A program made the translations under genes and the position numbers. Under the pieces are notes generated by a model. It did not search any database, was not told where the DNA came from, and saw nothing but the letters and a program-made list of their open reading frames with translations. From Myxococcota bacterium (lineage in GTDB: Bacteria; Myxococcota_A; UBA796; CAJQPC01): a DNA stretch of 64,000 bases. This document shows positions 28,730-38,456 of this stretch, one piece after another (the stretch's first letter is position 1; each line of letters starts with the position of its first letter). Location of the stretch: NCBI GenBank assembly GCA_036012755.1, contig DASCPX010000160.1, forward strand, positions 32,001 to 96,000, given 5' to 3'.

Positions 28730-29481
28730 GCGGTGTCCTGATCCTGGGGGCCAGCTCCGGGTTCGGGGCCGCCTCGGCGCGCGCCTTCGCGAGGGCCGGG
28801 CACGACGTCTTCGGCGTCCACCTCGACCGGAAGAGCACGATGCCCCTGGCGGAGGCCGTGGCTACCGACGTCGAGGCAGAGGGCCGGCGCTGCCGGATGT
28901 TCAACGTGAACGCCGCCGACGCAGACCGCCGCGAAGAGGTCCTCGCGGAGCTGGTCGACGAGGACATCGGGGTCCTTCTCCACTCCCTGGCCTTCGGCTC
29001 CTTGCGCCCCTTCACCGGGGAGCGGCCGCTGCAGCCCAAGCAGCTCACGATGACGCTCGAGGTGATGGCCCACTCCCTGGTCTGGTGGGCCCGCGGTCTC
29101 GTCGGCCAGGGCTCGATGAAGGCGGGTGGTCGTATCTTCTCGATGACCTCGTCGGGCTCGATCGTGGTCCTGCCGAGCTACGGCGCCGTCAGCGCAGCGA
29201 AGGCCGCCCTGGAGAGCCACACCCGCCAGCTCGCGGTCGAGCTCGCCCCCCTCGGCATCACGGCGAACTCGATCATGGCTGGCGTCACGGACACCCCGGC
29301 CCTGCAGAAGATCCCCGGCAAAGAGACGCTGATCGGCCTGGCCGCTCGGCGGAACCCCGGCGGTCGCCTCACTCGGCCAGAGGACGTGGCTGACGCCCTC
29401 GTCGAGCTCTCTCGCCCCGGGCTGGCCTGGATGACCGGCAACGTCATCCGCATCGACGGCGGCGAAGGGATCGTGGCCTGA
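28726..29481 (+). CDS. SDR, enoyl-ACP reductase FabL-like
   Basis: LGASSGFG, VLPSYGAVSAAKAALE (YxxxxxxK), GVTDTPAL. Confidence 0.75.
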   Translation: MSGVLILGASSGFGAASARAFARAGHDVFGVHLDRKSTMPLAEAVATDVEAEGRRCRMFNVNAADADRREEVLAELVDEDIGVLLHSLAFGSLRPFTGERPLQPKQLTMTLEVMAHSLVWWARGLVGQGSMKAGGRIFSMTSSGSIVVLPSYGAVSAAKAALESHTRQLAVELAPLGITANSIMAGVTDTPALQKIPGKETLIGLAARRNPGGRLTRPEDVADALVELSRPGLAWMTGNVIRIDGGEGIVA

Positions 29482-30707
29482 GCCTCGAGGGCGCGATCCA
29501 GCCCCACTTCGCGGCCTGGCTCACCGGGAGCGCGAGGCTCGAGCGGCGGCGCGCACGCAGCGAGCTCTTCCGCAGCCTCTTCGGCAAGGACCACGAGCTC
29601 ACCTTCTGGCACCGGGCCGACTCCCCCCACTCCTGGCTCTTGACCCAGGTGCTGCCTGCCTTCGTCGAGCGCTACGACGTGGCCCTGTCCTGCCGCACCA
29701 TCGCTCCGCCGGACAGCGACGCCGTGTCACAGCCGGGGCTCTACCGGGACTGGGAGCTGGCCGACGCGATGAAGCTGGCACAGGTCCACGGACTCGAGGT
29801 GCCGAGGGTGGCTGCCACAGAGGTCGACGCCGCACATGGCCGGCTCGAGGGTCTCGACGGCCTGGACTACGTGGAGGCGGCCCGTGAGCTCGGGGCTCGA
29901 CTCTTCGCCGGCGAGGCCGTCACCGGTGAAGCCGCCGAGGCCTCCACGCTGGATGCCAACCTCGCTCGGCTCCACGGCGCCGGCCACTACCTGCCCGGCG
30001 TCCTCAGCTACGCCGGCGAGCACTACTGGAGTGTCGGCCGCCTGCCCCTGCTCGAGCGACGCCTCGAGGCCCTGGGAGCGGGCGAGGGCTCGTCCTCCAG
30101 CACCCGGAGTCCGACCCCGGTGAGCGGGCGATGCCTCGAGGTCTGGCTGTCGGCGAGGAGCCCCTACAGCTACCTGGCCATCTCGCGCATAGAGGCCATC
30201 GTCGCCGAGCACGACCTCGAGCTGATCGTGCGGCCCATCCTGCCCATGGTCATGCGCGGCATCCCAGCCCCCCGCCGCAAGCGCTTCGCGATCCTCTTCG
30301 ACGCTGCCCGCGAGGCCATGGACCTCTGCGTCCCCTTCGGCCGCATCTGCGACCCACTCGGCCCCGGGGTGGAGCGGGTGCTCGCGATCTGCCCCCTAGC
30401 CGAGCGAGAAGGCCTATCCCTGACCTGGCTGAACTCGGCGATGACCGGCATCTGGGCCGAGGGGATCGAGGTCGCGGAGGACGCCGGACTGCAGCAAGTC
30501 GTCGAGCGCGCCGGCCTCGACTGGGCGCAGGCGGAAGAAGCGCTGGCCGACGACAGCTGGCGCGCGATGGTCGAGGCCAACCGCCAGGCCCTGATGGCCG
30601 AGGGGCTCTGGGGTGTGCCGAGTTTCAAGCTGAGCGGTCCTGGGACCTGGACAGCTTGGGGCCAGGACCGCTTGTGGATCCTGCGCGCCGCACTGGAGGC
30701 TTCGTGA
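29478..30707 (+). CDS. Tandem DsbA-like / 2-hydroxychromene-2-carboxylate isomerase family protein, probable CTG start
   Basis: Two thioredoxin-fold modules (DSPHSWL and RSPYSYL), GLWGVPSF, WGQDRL; protein-like frame extends back to a CTG overlapping the upstream TGA. Confidence 0.75.
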   Translation: MSLEGAIQPHFAAWLTGSARLERRRARSELFRSLFGKDHELTFWHRADSPHSWLLTQVLPAFVERYDVALSCRTIAPPDSDAVSQPGLYRDWELADAMKLAQVHGLEVPRVAATEVDAAHGRLEGLDGLDYVEAARELGARLFAGEAVTGEAAEASTLDANLARLHGAGHYLPGVLSYAGEHYWSVGRLPLLERRLEALGAGEGSSSSTRSPTPVSGRCLEVWLSARSPYSYLAISRIEAIVAEHDLELIVRPILPMVMRGIPAPRRKRFAILFDAAREAMDLCVPFGRICDPLGPGVERVLAICPLAEREGLSLTWLNSAMTGIWAEGIEVAEDAGLQQVVERAGLDWAQAEEALADDSWRAMVEANRQALMAEGLWGVPSFKLSGPGTWTAWGQDRLWILRAALEAS

Positions 30708-31906
30708 TCCTTCTGTTGGCATGCAACGGCCCGGACTGGCAGGGGGACGACCCGGTCTCCGCGGTCGACGACACGGGCGCCCTCGACACCAGCGACACCG
30801 GCTCGCCGACAGAAGACGACTACGACATCTTCGAGCAGATGCGGGACGGCGAGCTCGACGCCGAGGCCGGCTTCTACGCCGTCGCAGCCAGCGGCGGGTG
30901 GCCCATCGAGCACGACGGCGCCTGCGTCTTCGCGGCCCTCGACGAGGGCTCAGAGGTCTCCTTGGCCGGCGACCACAACGACTGGACCCCGGAGCCAATG
31001 ACCCTCGGGGACATCTGGTGGGCGGAGGTCGAGATCGCCGCGCCCGAGGGCAGCCTCTACAAGTTCGTCGTCGAAGGGGACTACGTCGCGGACGACTGGT
31101 CCCGGGCCTACGGCTACGACGACTTCGGCGCCTACAGCCTCGTCGAGGGCGGCGGAGGCAACCTCGAGTGGTGGCTGATCGACGGTCGGGTGGTGCGGGT
31201 CTGGGTGCCGCTCGGCGCCGTGACCCACCAGCTCTACGTGGCCGACGGACAGAACCTCTTCGACCCCGACGCGGCCTACGGCGGCTGGCGCCTCCAGGAG
31301 GTGCTCGGCTCCGGCACGATGGCCATCGGCATCGACAACAGCGGCGCCGGTCGCCTCGACGAGTACGGCCCTGTCGAGGACGACATCGGCGACGGAGACG
31401 TCTACGGCGGCGGCGGCGACGCCTACGCCGACTGGGTGCTCGAGATCGTCAGGCCGAAGATGGAGGCCGAGTACGGCGCGGCCGGGACCAGGGGGCTCAT
31501 GGGCTCCTCCATGGGTGGGCTCATCAGCCTCTACATGGGCTTCCGTGACCCGGCCGAGTGGGACTACGCGGCCTCGCTCTCGGGCACCCTCGGCTGGGGC
31601 AGCATCGGCTACGACGACCCCGTGATCTTCGAGGCGGCGACAGAGAAAAAGGACATCGCGGTCTTCCTCGACAGCGGCGGCACAGAGGGCAGCGGCTGCG
31701 TCGACAGCGACGGCGACGGCGTAGAGGACGACGGAAACGGCAGCGACAACTACTGCGTCAACCGCCAGCTCGCGGACCTGCTGGCCGACACCGGCTGGAG
31801 CTGGGAGACCGACCTCTGGCACTGGCACGAGGCCGGCGCGACCCACAACGAGGCCGCCTGGGCAGACCGGGTCTGGCGCCCGGTGAGCTACTTCGAGGGC
31901 TTGTAG
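30704..31906 (+). CDS. Esterase (alpha/beta-hydrolase) lipoprotein with N-terminal CBM48-like domain
   Basis: LAGDHNDW..YKFVV, DGQNLFD, GSSMGG, HNEAAW; GTGA coupling; MILLLAC start. Confidence 0.8.
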   Translation: MILLLACNGPDWQGDDPVSAVDDTGALDTSDTGSPTEDDYDIFEQMRDGELDAEAGFYAVAASGGWPIEHDGACVFAALDEGSEVSLAGDHNDWTPEPMTLGDIWWAEVEIAAPEGSLYKFVVEGDYVADDWSRAYGYDDFGAYSLVEGGGGNLEWWLIDGRVVRVWVPLGAVTHQLYVADGQNLFDPDAAYGGWRLQEVLGSGTMAIGIDNSGAGRLDEYGPVEDDIGDGDVYGGGGDAYADWVLEIVRPKMEAEYGAAGTRGLMGSSMGGLISLYMGFRDPAEWDYAASLSGTLGWGSIGYDDPVIFEAATEKKDIAVFLDSGGTEGSGCVDSDGDGVEDDGNGSDNYCVNRQLADLLADTGWSWETDLWHWHEAGATHNEAAWADRVWRPVSYFEGL

Positions 31907-32304
31907 CTGGCCGACTCCGCTCGGGTCGCGATGATCTCGACGTTCCCCTCGGGGCCGTTTGCCAGCCCATGCACGCTGAAGTCGACGCCGCCCGGGGCTG
32001 CCTCCATCCAGATGGGGCCAGGCTCGAGTTCGCGGCCGAGATAGTGACCGCAGGCGCCCAGGGATGACCGCACCTCGATGTCATCGCTGGCCACCGCGGA
32101 CTCGGCGATCTCGCGCGAGCCACACTCGGTGGGAACCCGACCCACCGTCTGCTCCAGGGCGAGCACGGTGTTGCGCAGCGAGTCGACGTTGGCGAGCACG
32201 AGCTCCTGCTCGAGCGCGCGGCTGTCTCTCCAGGCGTCCCAGAAGGCAAAGACGGCGCCGCAGAGGGCGAAGACGACGAGGGCGATCTGGAGCTTGCGAC
32301 TCAC
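31888..32304 (-). CDS. Hypothetical single-pass membrane protein
   Basis: N-terminal TM then long helix and short beta region; TAGACT 7 nt before the GTG. Confidence 0.55.
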   Translation of the reverse strand: MSRKLQIALVVFALCGAVFAFWDAWRDSRALEQELVLANVDSLRNTVLALEQTVGRVPTECGSREIAESAVASDDIEVRSSLGACGHYLGRELEPGPIWMEAAPGGVDFSVHGLANGPEGNVEIIATRAESASYKPSK

Positions 32305-32325
32305 TGGCGGGAGTCTACAGACCTC

Positions 32326-32883
32326 TCAGGGAAGGATGAGCACGTCGGTGCGCCGGCTCTTCGGCAGCGCCGCTCGCAGGGTGTCGATCTCCGCGTCGTC
32401 CAGCGCCACGCAGCCCAGGGTCCAGTCGACCTCGCCGCCGCCCCCGTGGATGAGGATCTCGCCGCCGAGCCGCGTGTCCTGCGGGGGCTTGCGGCCCTCG
32501 TCGATGGCAAGGACGATGGCGTCGTGCTGGGCCTGGGTGATGAGCTCGGCTTTCAGGCCCCGGGCCGCGTCCGCCTTGGCCGGGTAGTGCACCGCGATGG
32601 CGCCGTAGAAGTTCGACCAGGGCTTGTCGCTGGTGCGGTACCAGCCCTCTGGGGTGCGCAGGTCCCCTCGCCGCTGTTTGTGGCCCTCGTTGTAGGCGTA
32701 GGCGAGGCCGACCTGCCAGCAACCGACGAGCTGATCGTCGGCGTAGAGCCCGAGCCGCCTGCTCTCTTTCTCGACCACCACCACAGCCGAGCCGTGGAGT
32801 CGGGGGTCATCGCCGAAGCCCTCCGTCGCCGAAGGACAGTCCTGTGCGAGGGCGGCGGTGACGAGGAGGAGCATGCCCGTCAC
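32326..32883 (-). CDS. L,D-transpeptidase family (YkuD) protein; start at 32883 or 32874
   Basis: GDLRTPEGWY, ILIHGGG, WTLGCVAL. Confidence 0.9.
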   Translation of the reverse strand: MTGMLLLVTAALAQDCPSATEGFGDDPRLHGSAVVVVEKESRRLGLYADDQLVGCWQVGLAYAYNEGHKQRRGDLRTPEGWYRTSDKPWSNFYGAIAVHYPAKADAARGLKAELITQAQHDAIVLAIDEGRKPPQDTRLGGEILIHGGGGEVDWTLGCVALDDAEIDTLRAALPKSRRTDVLILP

Positions 32884-32890
32884 GACAACA

Positions 32891-33829
32891 TCACTCCTCG
32901 GCGTGTTCCTCGATGTCCTGGGCGACCGCGGTGTCGAGGTCCAGCGTCGGCAGATCCGTCGTCGCGTCCGCGTCGCCGAGCATGTGGTCGCGCTCGTCGG
33001 CGAACTCGAGCATGTGGGGGTTCTCGAGCATGAGCTGGAGCTCGCGAGACAGCTTGGCGGCGTGGAAGCCGTCGATGACCCGGTGGTCGAAGGTGCCGTT
33101 GAGAGCGAGCAGCTTGCGGGCGACGATGGCGCCGTCCTCGACGACCGGCTTGTCCTCGACCGTGCCGACGAGCACGATCATCGCGGTGCGGGCCAGGGGG
33201 AAGAAGGGAGCCCAGGCGGTGCGCACCCCCATCATGCCCAGCGAGGTCACCATCGCAGAGCCGAAGGGGTCCCGGGGAGCGCCGAGGAAGGCCGTGTCGA
33301 TGTTCAGGGTGTACTGGAGGAACTCGATGATGCCGAGCAGCCACCGGTAGACGAAGCCAGGGATCAGCTCCGCCTGGCCCTTCGTGCGCTCGAAGTCCGC
33401 GTCGTCGCCCTTGCGGATCTTCTTGGCGGCCCCGCGCAGCTCCGCGGCGATCTCGCCGACGTCCTTCTTGTCCGCGTTGCGCACGCAGAAGCCGGACAGA
33501 TCGGTCTTTCCGACGTTCTCCTCGTCCTGGATCGCGACCTGCAGGAAGACGTCGACGTCACGGCGACGTTGGAGCTTGCCCCAGCGCACGAGCGCGTTGA
33601 CGTCCGGGTGCTTGGCGATGGCGATGGCCACGGCCCGCGCGACGCAGTGGGTGATGGTGATCTTCTGGCCGGTCTCGCGGCGCTTCAGATCGATCCACGC
33701 CAGCAGCTTCTCCGCCCGGACCTCCAGCATCCCGTAGATGGTCGGATCCCGCGGGTTGTCCCACGCGACCGCAGCGATCTTGCGAAAGGAGCTCGCGTGC
33801 TTGAAGTCTCGAAGCTCGATGTTCGGCAT
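32891..33829 (-). CDS. Stand-alone 2-oxoacid dehydrogenase E2-type acyltransferase catalytic domain
   Basis: GSAMVTSLG, TFDHRVIDG; no lipoyl domain. Confidence 0.8.
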   Translation of the reverse strand: MPNIELRDFKHASSFRKIAAVAWDNPRDPTIYGMLEVRAEKLLAWIDLKRRETGQKITITHCVARAVAIAIAKHPDVNALVRWGKLQRRRDVDVFLQVAIQDEENVGKTDLSGFCVRNADKKDVGEIAAELRGAAKKIRKGDDADFERTKGQAELIPGFVYRWLLGIIEFLQYTLNIDTAFLGAPRDPFGSAMVTSLGMMGVRTAWAPFFPLARTAMIVLVGTVEDKPVVEDGAIVARKLLALNGTFDHRVIDGFHAAKLSRELQLMLENPHMLEFADERDHMLGDADATTDLPTLDLDTAVAQDIEEHAEE

Positions 33830-33839
33830 TGAAAAGCCC

Positions 33840-35828
33840 CTAGAACAGATCGGGTCCGACCTCGATGTAGTCCGATGAGAACTCCACCGGGTGGACGAAG
33901 CCCGCCGGTGGGTACTCCTTCCAGGTGTCCTCGGCTTCCTCTGCCGAGAGATCGTCCGCGTAGGCGTCCCACCAGGCGAAGAGCTCCTCGTTGTACTCGG
34001 CGGCGGTGCGCAGCACCTCGAGGTTGTTCTGTGCGTCATCCGAGAGATGGGGCGCGAGGTCCTCGCCCACGAGCTGCTCGAAGACGCGCCCTCGGGTGTC
34101 GCGTGCGAGCTCCGTATCGAGGACCGAGACGTTCATCTCGCCTTCGTAGAGGTAGCCGCGGTTGTTGAAGTTGCAGCTGCCGACGCTCACGTAGCGGTCG
34201 TCGATGATGCGCAGCTTGGAGTGGGTGTCGATGTTTGTCGGGTACCAGTAGATGTCGTCGTAGACCCAGTCCTCGATGGCCACCATGTCTGCGGTCTTGA
34301 GCTGCAGCACGAGGTAGCGGTCGCCGAACAGATCCCGGAAGTACTGGTCGGTGAGGTAGGTGTACTTGAGCCCCCCGTCCCACTCGGACACGGGCTTGGT
34401 GACGACGATGAGCACCAGCTCGGGGACCTCGAGCATGCGCGCGGCGATGGTCTCGTTGAGGATCGGGGCGCGGAAGTACTGGTCCTCGATGAAGATGTAC
34501 TCGGTGGCCTGGGCAAAGGCCTTCCGGTGGGCCTCGAGGTTCTGCTGCTCCTCCAGCGGCTCCGGCTGGGTGACCGTTACTTGCGCGAGGGCGCCGTGCT
34601 CGACGGTGTGGGGCTCGTCGAGGACCACTGCGGAGGCGTTGTTGGCGTACAGATCGCTGGTGTCGATGCCGTACTGCCAGCGCTCGGCGAGGATCTCCTC
34701 AACGTCTCGAGCGACCGGCCCCTCGACGCGGATCATGTAGTCCCGGCGGGGTCCCTGGTCGGGCTCGACCTCGCGGTCCCGCACGGCCTCGCGGTCGGAG
34801 CGCGAGGCGTCGAAGACCATGCGGCGCTCGTCGAAGACCTCGTGCTCGTCGTCCCAGTCGGTGGCCTTCACGTTCATGCCGCCGACGATGGCGATCTCGC
34901 CGTCGATGACGACCGCCTTCTGGTGCCAGCTGGCAGCGTCGACCTCCAGCTCCCTGGCCCTGCGGCCGCCCTCGTCGGGCACCCAGGCCCGGCCCTCGTA
35001 CTCGGGGCGGGCCATGAGCCGCTCGAGGTAGCTGAAGGGCTCGACCCGCTCCTCGTAGACACCCTGGGAGGGGACCGAGACCTCGCTGCCCTGCAGCATC
35101 ACCTCGAAGTCGTCGAGGGCCTCTGCGTGTCCGCGCAGATCCGAGTCGGTGTTCAGGTAGATGAGCCAGTCGGAGTTGTCGCCCCAGAAGCGGTTGATCA
35201 ACAGGCGCTTCTGCACCTGGGGCATGTCCTCGAGCACGTACATCGCCGTGTAGCGCTCGCGAGCGGAGGTGCTCATCTGGTAGTGCCCTTCGGGGCGAAT
35301 GAGCTCGAAGTCCGACTCCCACCACCAGGTGGCCCAGAAGACCTCGTCTGTGGCGGACCTGAGGTCCTCGTAGACGACCTCCCAGGACTCCTTGCCGTTG
35401 ATGAGCACGTCCACGTCGTTGTCGCTCGGAGCGGGGCCGCTTCCGGCGAACCAGGCGTGGTCGACGCCGAGGTAGACCGTCTTGACCTCGCAGCTCTCGC
35501 CGTCGATGACGCGGGTGTCGCTGGACTGGGCGCTGCGACCGCCGTCGACCTCCACGCGCACCGTCTGGCCGTCCCAGTCGATGTCGATGGTGGCAGGGAG
35601 GTGGTCCTCGGCCTCGGCGAGCACGGCGAACTGCGCAGCCTCGTCGTCGAGGGGGTGGAGCTCGATGGTGTCGCCCGAGAGCTCCGCCGTCAGGGGCTGG
35701 GCCCAGACGTCGGTGACGACGAGCTCGAGGGTCTTCTCACCACAGCCGGTGATCGTGCCGTCTCCGTCGCGGAGTCGCGCCAGCGGTCCGTCTCCGTCGC
35801 CGCACCCGATGACGAGCGCGAGGAGCAC
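33840..35828 (-). CDS. Phospholipase D family lipoprotein
   Basis: Two HKD motifs (HQKAVVID..GGMN and HSKLRIID..GSCN), IEDQYF; MLLALVIGC start with TAGTG overlap. Confidence 0.88.
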   Translation of the reverse strand: MLLALVIGCGDGDGPLARLRDGDGTITGCGEKTLELVVTDVWAQPLTAELSGDTIELHPLDDEAAQFAVLAEAEDHLPATIDIDWDGQTVRVEVDGGRSAQSSDTRVIDGESCEVKTVYLGVDHAWFAGSGPAPSDNDVDVLINGKESWEVVYEDLRSATDEVFWATWWWESDFELIRPEGHYQMSTSARERYTAMYVLEDMPQVQKRLLINRFWGDNSDWLIYLNTDSDLRGHAEALDDFEVMLQGSEVSVPSQGVYEERVEPFSYLERLMARPEYEGRAWVPDEGGRRARELEVDAASWHQKAVVIDGEIAIVGGMNVKATDWDDEHEVFDERRMVFDASRSDREAVRDREVEPDQGPRRDYMIRVEGPVARDVEEILAERWQYGIDTSDLYANNASAVVLDEPHTVEHGALAQVTVTQPEPLEEQQNLEAHRKAFAQATEYIFIEDQYFRAPILNETIAARMLEVPELVLIVVTKPVSEWDGGLKYTYLTDQYFRDLFGDRYLVLQLKTADMVAIEDWVYDDIYWYPTNIDTHSKLRIIDDRYVSVGSCNFNNRGYLYEGEMNVSVLDTELARDTRGRVFEQLVGEDLAPHLSDDAQNNLEVLRTAAEYNEELFAWWDAYADDLSAEEAEDTWKEYPPAGFVHPVEFSSDYIEVGPDLF

Positions 35829-36472
35829 TACCAGCTCCCGACGAGGATCTGCAGCTGGTAGGGGTGGGCGCAGGAGCTGCCGTCGACGGAACGCACGGTG
35901 ATCTCGTACCAGCCGGAGTCGTCCGAGCCGGTGGAGCCACCGTGGTTCAGGAACTCGAAGCCACCGAAGCCGTTGTCGTCGCTGGAAGCCACGAGGCCGC
36001 GGTACTCACCGTCGGAGTCTTCGAGCCAGAAGAGATCGACGGCGTAGTCGCCCTCTTCTGGGACCTGGTACAGCCAGACCTCGACGTCGAACCAGGACCA
36101 CGCGCCGTCCTCGACGTAGAAGACGAAGTGGTCTTCGTCACCGTCGGGGTGGAGCCACGGCAACAGCAGGGTCTCGTAGGTGTCGGTGAGGTCCCCCAGG
36201 TCGTCGTCGTCGGAGTCCGGCACGGCTCCTTCATCGATGATGCCGTCGCAGTCTTCGTCGATGCCGTCACAGGTCTCGACCGCCTCGGGATGACGACTCT
36301 CATCGAGGTCGTCACAGTCGAGCTCCTGATCCCAGCCATCGCCGTCGTCGTCGACGGGCGCCTCCTCTTCCTCTTCGAGAAGGCCGGTGTCCTCGAAGCC
36401 GCTGTCCTCGGACCAGTCCGTGGACACCAGGTTCGACTCGACGCATGCCAGGAAGAGAAGGGCCGTTGTCAT
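35828..36472 (-). CDS. Lipoprotein with a putative metal-binding (MopE-related) motif and a PPC-like domain
   Basis: DDDGDGW..DCDD..HPEAVETCDGIDEDCDGIIDE; MTTALLFLAC start. Confidence 0.75.
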   Translation of the reverse strand: MTTALLFLACVESNLVSTDWSEDSGFEDTGLLEEEEEAPVDDDGDGWDQELDCDDLDESRHPEAVETCDGIDEDCDGIIDEGAVPDSDDDDLGDLTDTYETLLLPWLHPDGDEDHFVFYVEDGAWSWFDVEVWLYQVPEEGDYAVDLFWLEDSDGEYRGLVASSDDNGFGGFEFLNHGGSTGSDDSGWYEITVRSVDGSSCAHPYQLQILVGSW

Positions 36473-36571
36473 CGAGGGCCTTCTACATGGGATCGCGCCC
36501 AGGTCGCGAACGGAGACGGGCGCAAGAGGTGTGCCAGCGGCCGCTCGGGCCGCAACCCTCGCCGGGCTCAT

Positions 36572-38228
36572 CTAGAAAGCCAGGAACTCCCCGCTCAGGC
36601 TGCCTTCGATGGGCGCGTCGGTGGTCGAGTCCGCGGCGTCGAAGTGCAGGTCGCCGATGACGTAGGCCACGAACTCGAAGTCGTCCATGGTCTCGGTGTC
36701 GATGTAGAGGAGCGCGCCGATCGCCCGGTCGAGGTCCAGATCGACGTCCCCCGGAGCGACCTGCTCCTCCTCCATGGCGAAGTAGACGAGCACGGCCTCT
36801 GTGTCCGAGATCCAGGCCGGCAGGTAGATCAGCGCGCTGCCTTCTGAGGTGCCCGCGACCGCCGTGCCCTCGACCTCGGGCATGGGCTCCTCGAACACCA
36901 TCGACAGCGTGGAGCTCCCGGTCTGCCATGGATCACCGGTCTGGAGCGTGCCCCAGGTCGTAGAGAAGGTCGCCTCGATAGAGCCGGACGGAACGAAGCA
37001 GTAGGAGTCCCGGGGCTCGTAGGGCCACTCCGGCGGCCCGTCCGCGAGCGCTGCCTCGATGTCCGGCCGGCGAGCCTCGATCTGGTCGAACACGACCTCC
37101 TGGGCCTCTTCGATCTCGGACCAGGTGGACCCGCTGACCTCTGGCTCGATGAGGGTCGCCATACGATCGATGCGCTCCGCTGCGATGCCCTCGTCCCAGT
37201 GGGTATCGAGCATGTCCTGCAGCCGCTCGACATAGAGCGCCTGACCATCCGGGTGCCTGTAGAGCCGCCACGCCAGCATCGAGCTGGCGTAGACGCTGGT
37301 CCCCTCCGAGCCCTCACCCCCGCCGTAGAAGACCGCATCTGTGCCCCATGGGATGAAGCGGAAGCGGCCGTCAGAGGGGTCGGCGTAGAGGTAGAAGTTG
37401 TTGGTGTTGCCGTTGTAGCCATCGCCGTGCTCCACGAGCACCTCGGCCGCCCAGAAGTCGATGAAGGACTCCAGGTCGAGCACCGTCTCCAGCGCGCTCA
37501 GGAGCTCATCGTCGTCGGTCGCGACCGCCTCTACGAGAGCGTCGATGTCGTCCCAGTCATCCTCTCCCTCGTTGGTCTTCTTCTCCAGCGTGCCGGTCCA
37601 GCCCTCGCGGAAGTCCGACAGGGTGCCCTCGTAGAGGTTGCCCTCGGACTCGTCGAAGTGACGCGCCAGCATCGGCTCCTTGATCGGCTCGACGTTGACG
37701 TAGATGCCGAGGTCCTCGCCGTTGACCGTGACCTGGGCCAGGCTGCAACGAGGCGCCGGCATGCTGGCGTCGGTGAAGAAGCTGTAGCTGATGCACTGAC
37801 GCACGTAGGAGGGGTCGCTGACGGCGTTGTTCAGGGTCAGGCGGCGCACCGAGTTGAAGGTGGCCTCCGCGTCGTACTCGCCGAGGATCCAGCTTCAGCG
37901 ACGGCTTCACGTCGCTCAGCGAGCCGAGGAAGCCCTTCTTGCGCACGTCGACCCGCTCGATGGTCTCCCCGTCGAGTGTGACGGAGGCCTCGAACCAGGA
38001 AAACGGGTTCTCGAAGGGCTGCGCCTGGCAGTCCTCGGCCATGATCGTGCTCTCCAACGTGCGGGTCTCCTGGCGGAGCTCGTCCCAGTCGTCCTCTGGG
38101 AGCTCGATCTCGACGCGCAGGAGATGGTCGAGGTCGTAGACGGCCTCCGACAGGTCCTCTGCGGGCTGATCGAGGGCGGGAACCACCGGGCCGGAGCACG
38201 CGAACACAGCAAGCAAGACAGGGCTCAT
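36572..38228 (-). CDS. CotH kinase family lipoprotein, 1-bp frameshift near 37886
   Basis: VRKKG..KPSLKLD continues in another frame as LGEYD..RRLTLNN, GIYVNVE, GDGYNGNTNNFYLY, FIPWGTD. Confidence 0.85.
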
Positions 38229-38456
38229 GCCACCGAGCGTACCCGCCCGACCAGCGCCTCGACGATCCCATCGAGCCAACCGCAGCCCCGAGTCTTCGCC
38301 GAGCCCCTCGCGGATGCGCCGGCTTGAAGACGGCATCGACCGGCGCCGCGCCCGGCCCCTTCTCCGGTGGGAGCGCACAGCCGAGCCCACCGAGGCCCGC
38401 GGCGGCGACGAAAGCGCGTCTGCTCAGGTCGTCCGCTGGCCTATCCTCGGGTCTTC

